Shown: positions 61,689 to 64,000 of the stretch, one piece after another
Numbering within the stretch: position 1 is the first letter of the stretch
How the letters are laid out: each line of letters starts with the position of its first letter
NCBI GenBank assembly: GCA_046294955.1
Contig: JBKBOF010000002.1
Span: forward strand, 4,963-68,962
Length of the DNA stretch: 64,000 bases
Direction of reading: 5' to 3'
Origin: Paracoccaceae bacterium
GTDB lineage: Bacteria; Pseudomonadota; Alphaproteobacteria; Rhodobacterales; Rhodobacteraceae
Program-made: the position numbers and the translations under genes
The notes under the pieces: model-generated
What the model was told of the DNA's origin: nothing
The model's database searches: none
The model's input: the letters and a program-made list of their open reading frames with translations, nothing else

Positions 61689-63260
61689 ATGCGCGATTTT
61701 CACTTCCCAGGCCGGTCCGCCGTCTATGCCGATGGCGGCATCTGTGCCACATCACATCCGCTGGCCGCGCAAGTAGCGATTGAAACCCTGAAATCGGGTG
61801 GCAATGCGGTTGATGCGGCGTTGGCCGGTGCTGTGCTTCTGGGCTTTTGCGAACCTCAGATGACCGGACTGGGCGGCGATTGCTTTGTGCTGTTGAAACC
61901 GGCGGGCGAAGAGCGGGTTGTCGCCCTGAACGGATCGGGCCGTGCACCTGCGGGCTTGTCCGCTGCCGCGATGCGCGACCGGGGGCTGACCACGGTGCCG
62001 TTGCGCGGTGTCGAAGCTGTCACTCTGCCCGGCGCGGTGGATGCATTTTGCACGCTCGCCGCCGACTGGGGTCGTCAACCTTTGGCGCAAACCCTTGCGC
62101 CTGCGATCCATTACGCAGAGGCGGGCATCCCGGTTGCCCCGCGCGTTGCGTTTGACTGGGACGAGGACGCCCCCTGTCTGCAAGGCCGTGCCCGTGACCT
62201 GTTCCTGATCGACGGCAAGCCGCCCCGCCCAGGCCAGATGTTCTGCGCGCCCGGTCAGGCCGAAGTGCTGCGCCGGATAGCCCGCGACGGCCGCGCCGGG
62301 TTCTACGAAGGTGAGGTGGCCGACGACCTGATCACAAGCCTGCGCGCTTTGGGCGGCACCCATACGCTTGATGACCTGGCCGGCACCCGATGCAGCTATG
62401 ACACGCCTGTGAAGGGCCCCTATCGCGGCATCGACCTGCTGGAACATCCGCCGAATGGTCAGGGGGCCACGGCGATCCTGTTGCTGAAAATCCTGTCACA
62501 TTTCGACTTGGCGGCGCTCGAACCCTATGGCGCCGCGCGCGTTCACATCGAAGCCGAAGCGGCAAAGCTGGCGTATGACGCCCGAAACCGCTTTATTGCC
62601 GACCCCGCGCTGCGGCTTGACCATATGCTGTCCGATGACACCGCCGCACGTCTTGCGGCGTTGATCCATCCCGCCCGTGTCATCGCGGCTGCGGCCCCCC
62701 TGACCGAAGCCATCCACCGCGACACGATCTATATCACGGTGGTGGACCGCGACCGCATGGCGGTGTCGCTGATTTATTCGGTGTTCTGGGGCTTTGGTGC
62801 CGGCATCGCTTCCGAAAAATTCGGCCTGTGCTTTCAGAACCGTGGCGCGGGGTTCACGCTAGTTCAAGGGCACCCCAACGAAGCTGCGGGCGGGAAACGC
62901 CCGATGCACACCATCATTCCCGGGATGGTCATGCAAAACGGCCGCGTCACCATGCCCTTCGGCGTAATGGGCGGCGGCTATCAGCCCACAGGTCACGCCC
63001 GACTGATTTCAAACCTTGTCGATTTCGGCATGGACCTGCAAACCGCGATCGACGCCCCCCGCAGCTTTGCCGGGCGCGAGGGACTGGAACTGGAGCGCGG
63101 CTACACCGACGCCACGCGTGCCGAACTGGCGGCACTTGGCCACAGCATCGTAACGCCGCACACGCCCCTTGGCGGGGCGCAGGCCATCGTGATAGGGGCA
63201 GACGGCGTGTTGATCGGAGGGTCTGACCCTCGCAAGGACGGCATTGCTTTGGGATACTGA
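61689..63260 (+). CDS. Gamma-glutamyltransferase family protein
   Basis: GGNAVDAA, GLGGD, HRD/TIYITVVD cleavage Thr, KRPMHTIIP, SDPRKDG. Confidence 0.92.
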   Translation: MRDFHFPGRSAVYADGGICATSHPLAAQVAIETLKSGGNAVDAALAGAVLLGFCEPQMTGLGGDCFVLLKPAGEERVVALNGSGRAPAGLSAAAMRDRGLTTVPLRGVEAVTLPGAVDAFCTLAADWGRQPLAQTLAPAIHYAEAGIPVAPRVAFDWDEDAPCLQGRARDLFLIDGKPPRPGQMFCAPGQAEVLRRIARDGRAGFYEGEVADDLITSLRALGGTHTLDDLAGTRCSYDTPVKGPYRGIDLLEHPPNGQGATAILLLKILSHFDLAALEPYGAARVHIEAEAAKLAYDARNRFIADPALRLDHMLSDDTAARLAALIHPARVIAAAAPLTEAIHRDTIYITVVDRDRMAVSLIYSVFWGFGAGIASEKFGLCFQNRGAGFTLVQGHPNEAAGGKRPMHTIIPGMVMQNGRVTMPFGVMGGGYQPTGHARLISNLVDFGMDLQTAIDAPRSFAGREGLELERGYTDATRAELAALGHSIVTPHTPLGGAQAIVIGADGVLIGGSDPRKDGIALGY

Positions 63261-63261
63261 C

Positions 63262-63720
63262 ATGACCCCCGATTACGACTCGTTGCGCAGCGCCATTCTG
63301 TCGCTGACCCAAGGCGAAACCGATGCTGTGGCCTTGATGGCGACCGTAGCCTGCGAGGTCCATCACGCCCATCCGTTCAGTGACTGGACCGGATTCTATC
63401 GCGTGGTTGCGCCAAACCTTCTGAAGATCGGCCCCTACCAGGGCAGTCATGGGTGCTTGGTCATCCCGTTCTCACGCGGGGTCTGCGGTGCCTGCGCCCG
63501 CACCGGGCAGGTACAGAACGTACCCGATGTCGATGCCTTTCCCGACCATATCGCCTGTGCGTCCTCGACCCGGTCGGAACTGGTTTTACCGGTCTGGACA
63601 GGCGCGGGCAGGCTTTTGGGTGTGCTCGATCTTGACAGCAACACCCCTGCTGCCTTCACACCCCAAGATGAGACGTTTTTCACCACCCTGCTTGCGGACG
63701 TGTTCCGCGACGCATCCTAA
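63262..63720 (+). CDS. msrC: GAF-domain free methionine-R-sulfoxide reductase (fRMsr/MsrC-like)
   Basis: WTGFY, GPYQG..GC, GVCG, DVDAFPDHIAC..RSELV, LDLDS. Confidence 0.82.
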   Translation: MTPDYDSLRSAILSLTQGETDAVALMATVACEVHHAHPFSDWTGFYRVVAPNLLKIGPYQGSHGCLVIPFSRGVCGACARTGQVQNVPDVDAFPDHIACASSTRSELVLPVWTGAGRLLGVLDLDSNTPAAFTPQDETFFTTLLADVFRDAS

Positions 63721-63731
63721 AAGGCCGGACC

Positions 63732-64000
63732 ATGACACAAATCACACTTCTGGACGGTGGCATGGGGCAGGAACTGGTGGCACGGTCAGGCGATGAACCG
63801 ACGCCACTCTGGGCCACCCGTGTGATGATAGACCACCCCGGTCTGGTCAAGGCGATCCACGGCGACTATTTTGCAGCGGGCGCGTCGGTTGCCACGACCA
63901 ACACCTACAACATCCTGCACGATCGGCTGATCGGCGTTGATCTTGACCATTATTTCCATGCCCTGCACCTACGTGCACTGACAGAAGCACATGAGGCCCG
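63732..64000 (+). CDS. Homocysteine S-methyltransferase family protein, partial at window edge
   Basis: Manual translation MTQITLLDGGMGQELVARS..LWATRV..HGDYFAAGASVATTNTY. Confidence 0.88.
   Translation, partial: MTQITLLDGGMGQELVARSGDEPTPLWATRVMIDHPGLVKAIHGDYFAAGASVATTNTYNILHDRLIGVDLDHYFHALHLRALTEAHEA

Noticed and set aside
1-64000. Mobile elements, prophage, CRISPR arrays, tRNA/rRNA, defence islands
   Set aside because: No transposase, integrase, phage or Cas ORFs, regular repeat-spacer arrays or tRNA cloverleaves were seen by eye; composition looks uniform.

Overview
A largely core-genome, roughly 60% GC segment from a Rhodobacteraceae/Paracoccaceae-type alphaproteobacterium. It carries a Prx/ferredoxin reductase/rsmD block, a YbbAP-TesA-like ABC/esterase module, tetrapyrrole genes (hemC, hemE, hemF, hemN), clpS, and the complete microaerobic respiration locus (hemN-fnrL-usp-ccoNOQP-ccoGHIS) with four FNR boxes. 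Further along are yejABEF coupled to a GT4 glycosyltransferase, membrane cytochrome c, pheA, nudC, a signal-less CpdB-like phosphodiesterase, SRP RNA (ffs), gpmI-envC-ctpA-rppH, a UbiH/UbiL hydroxylase, amidase-aminotransferase-ftsK-lolA, hspQ, an RbaV/RbaW-like partner-switching pair and a ggt-msrC-homocysteine methyltransferase run. I saw no transposase, integrase, prophage, CRISPR array, tRNA or rRNA, and no complete new multi-gene system is demonstrable. The best leads are a G-U-containing hairpin with a C-rich anti-SD-like loop behind rbaVW (candidate sRNA), an orphan Imm10-like gene coupled to hemF, a probably leaderless FNR-driven hemN, an SD-sequestering leader of a peptidoglycan-binding protein, and the cytoplasmic CpdB-NudC-HAD cluster. 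All family calls come from motif recognition; no database searches were run.
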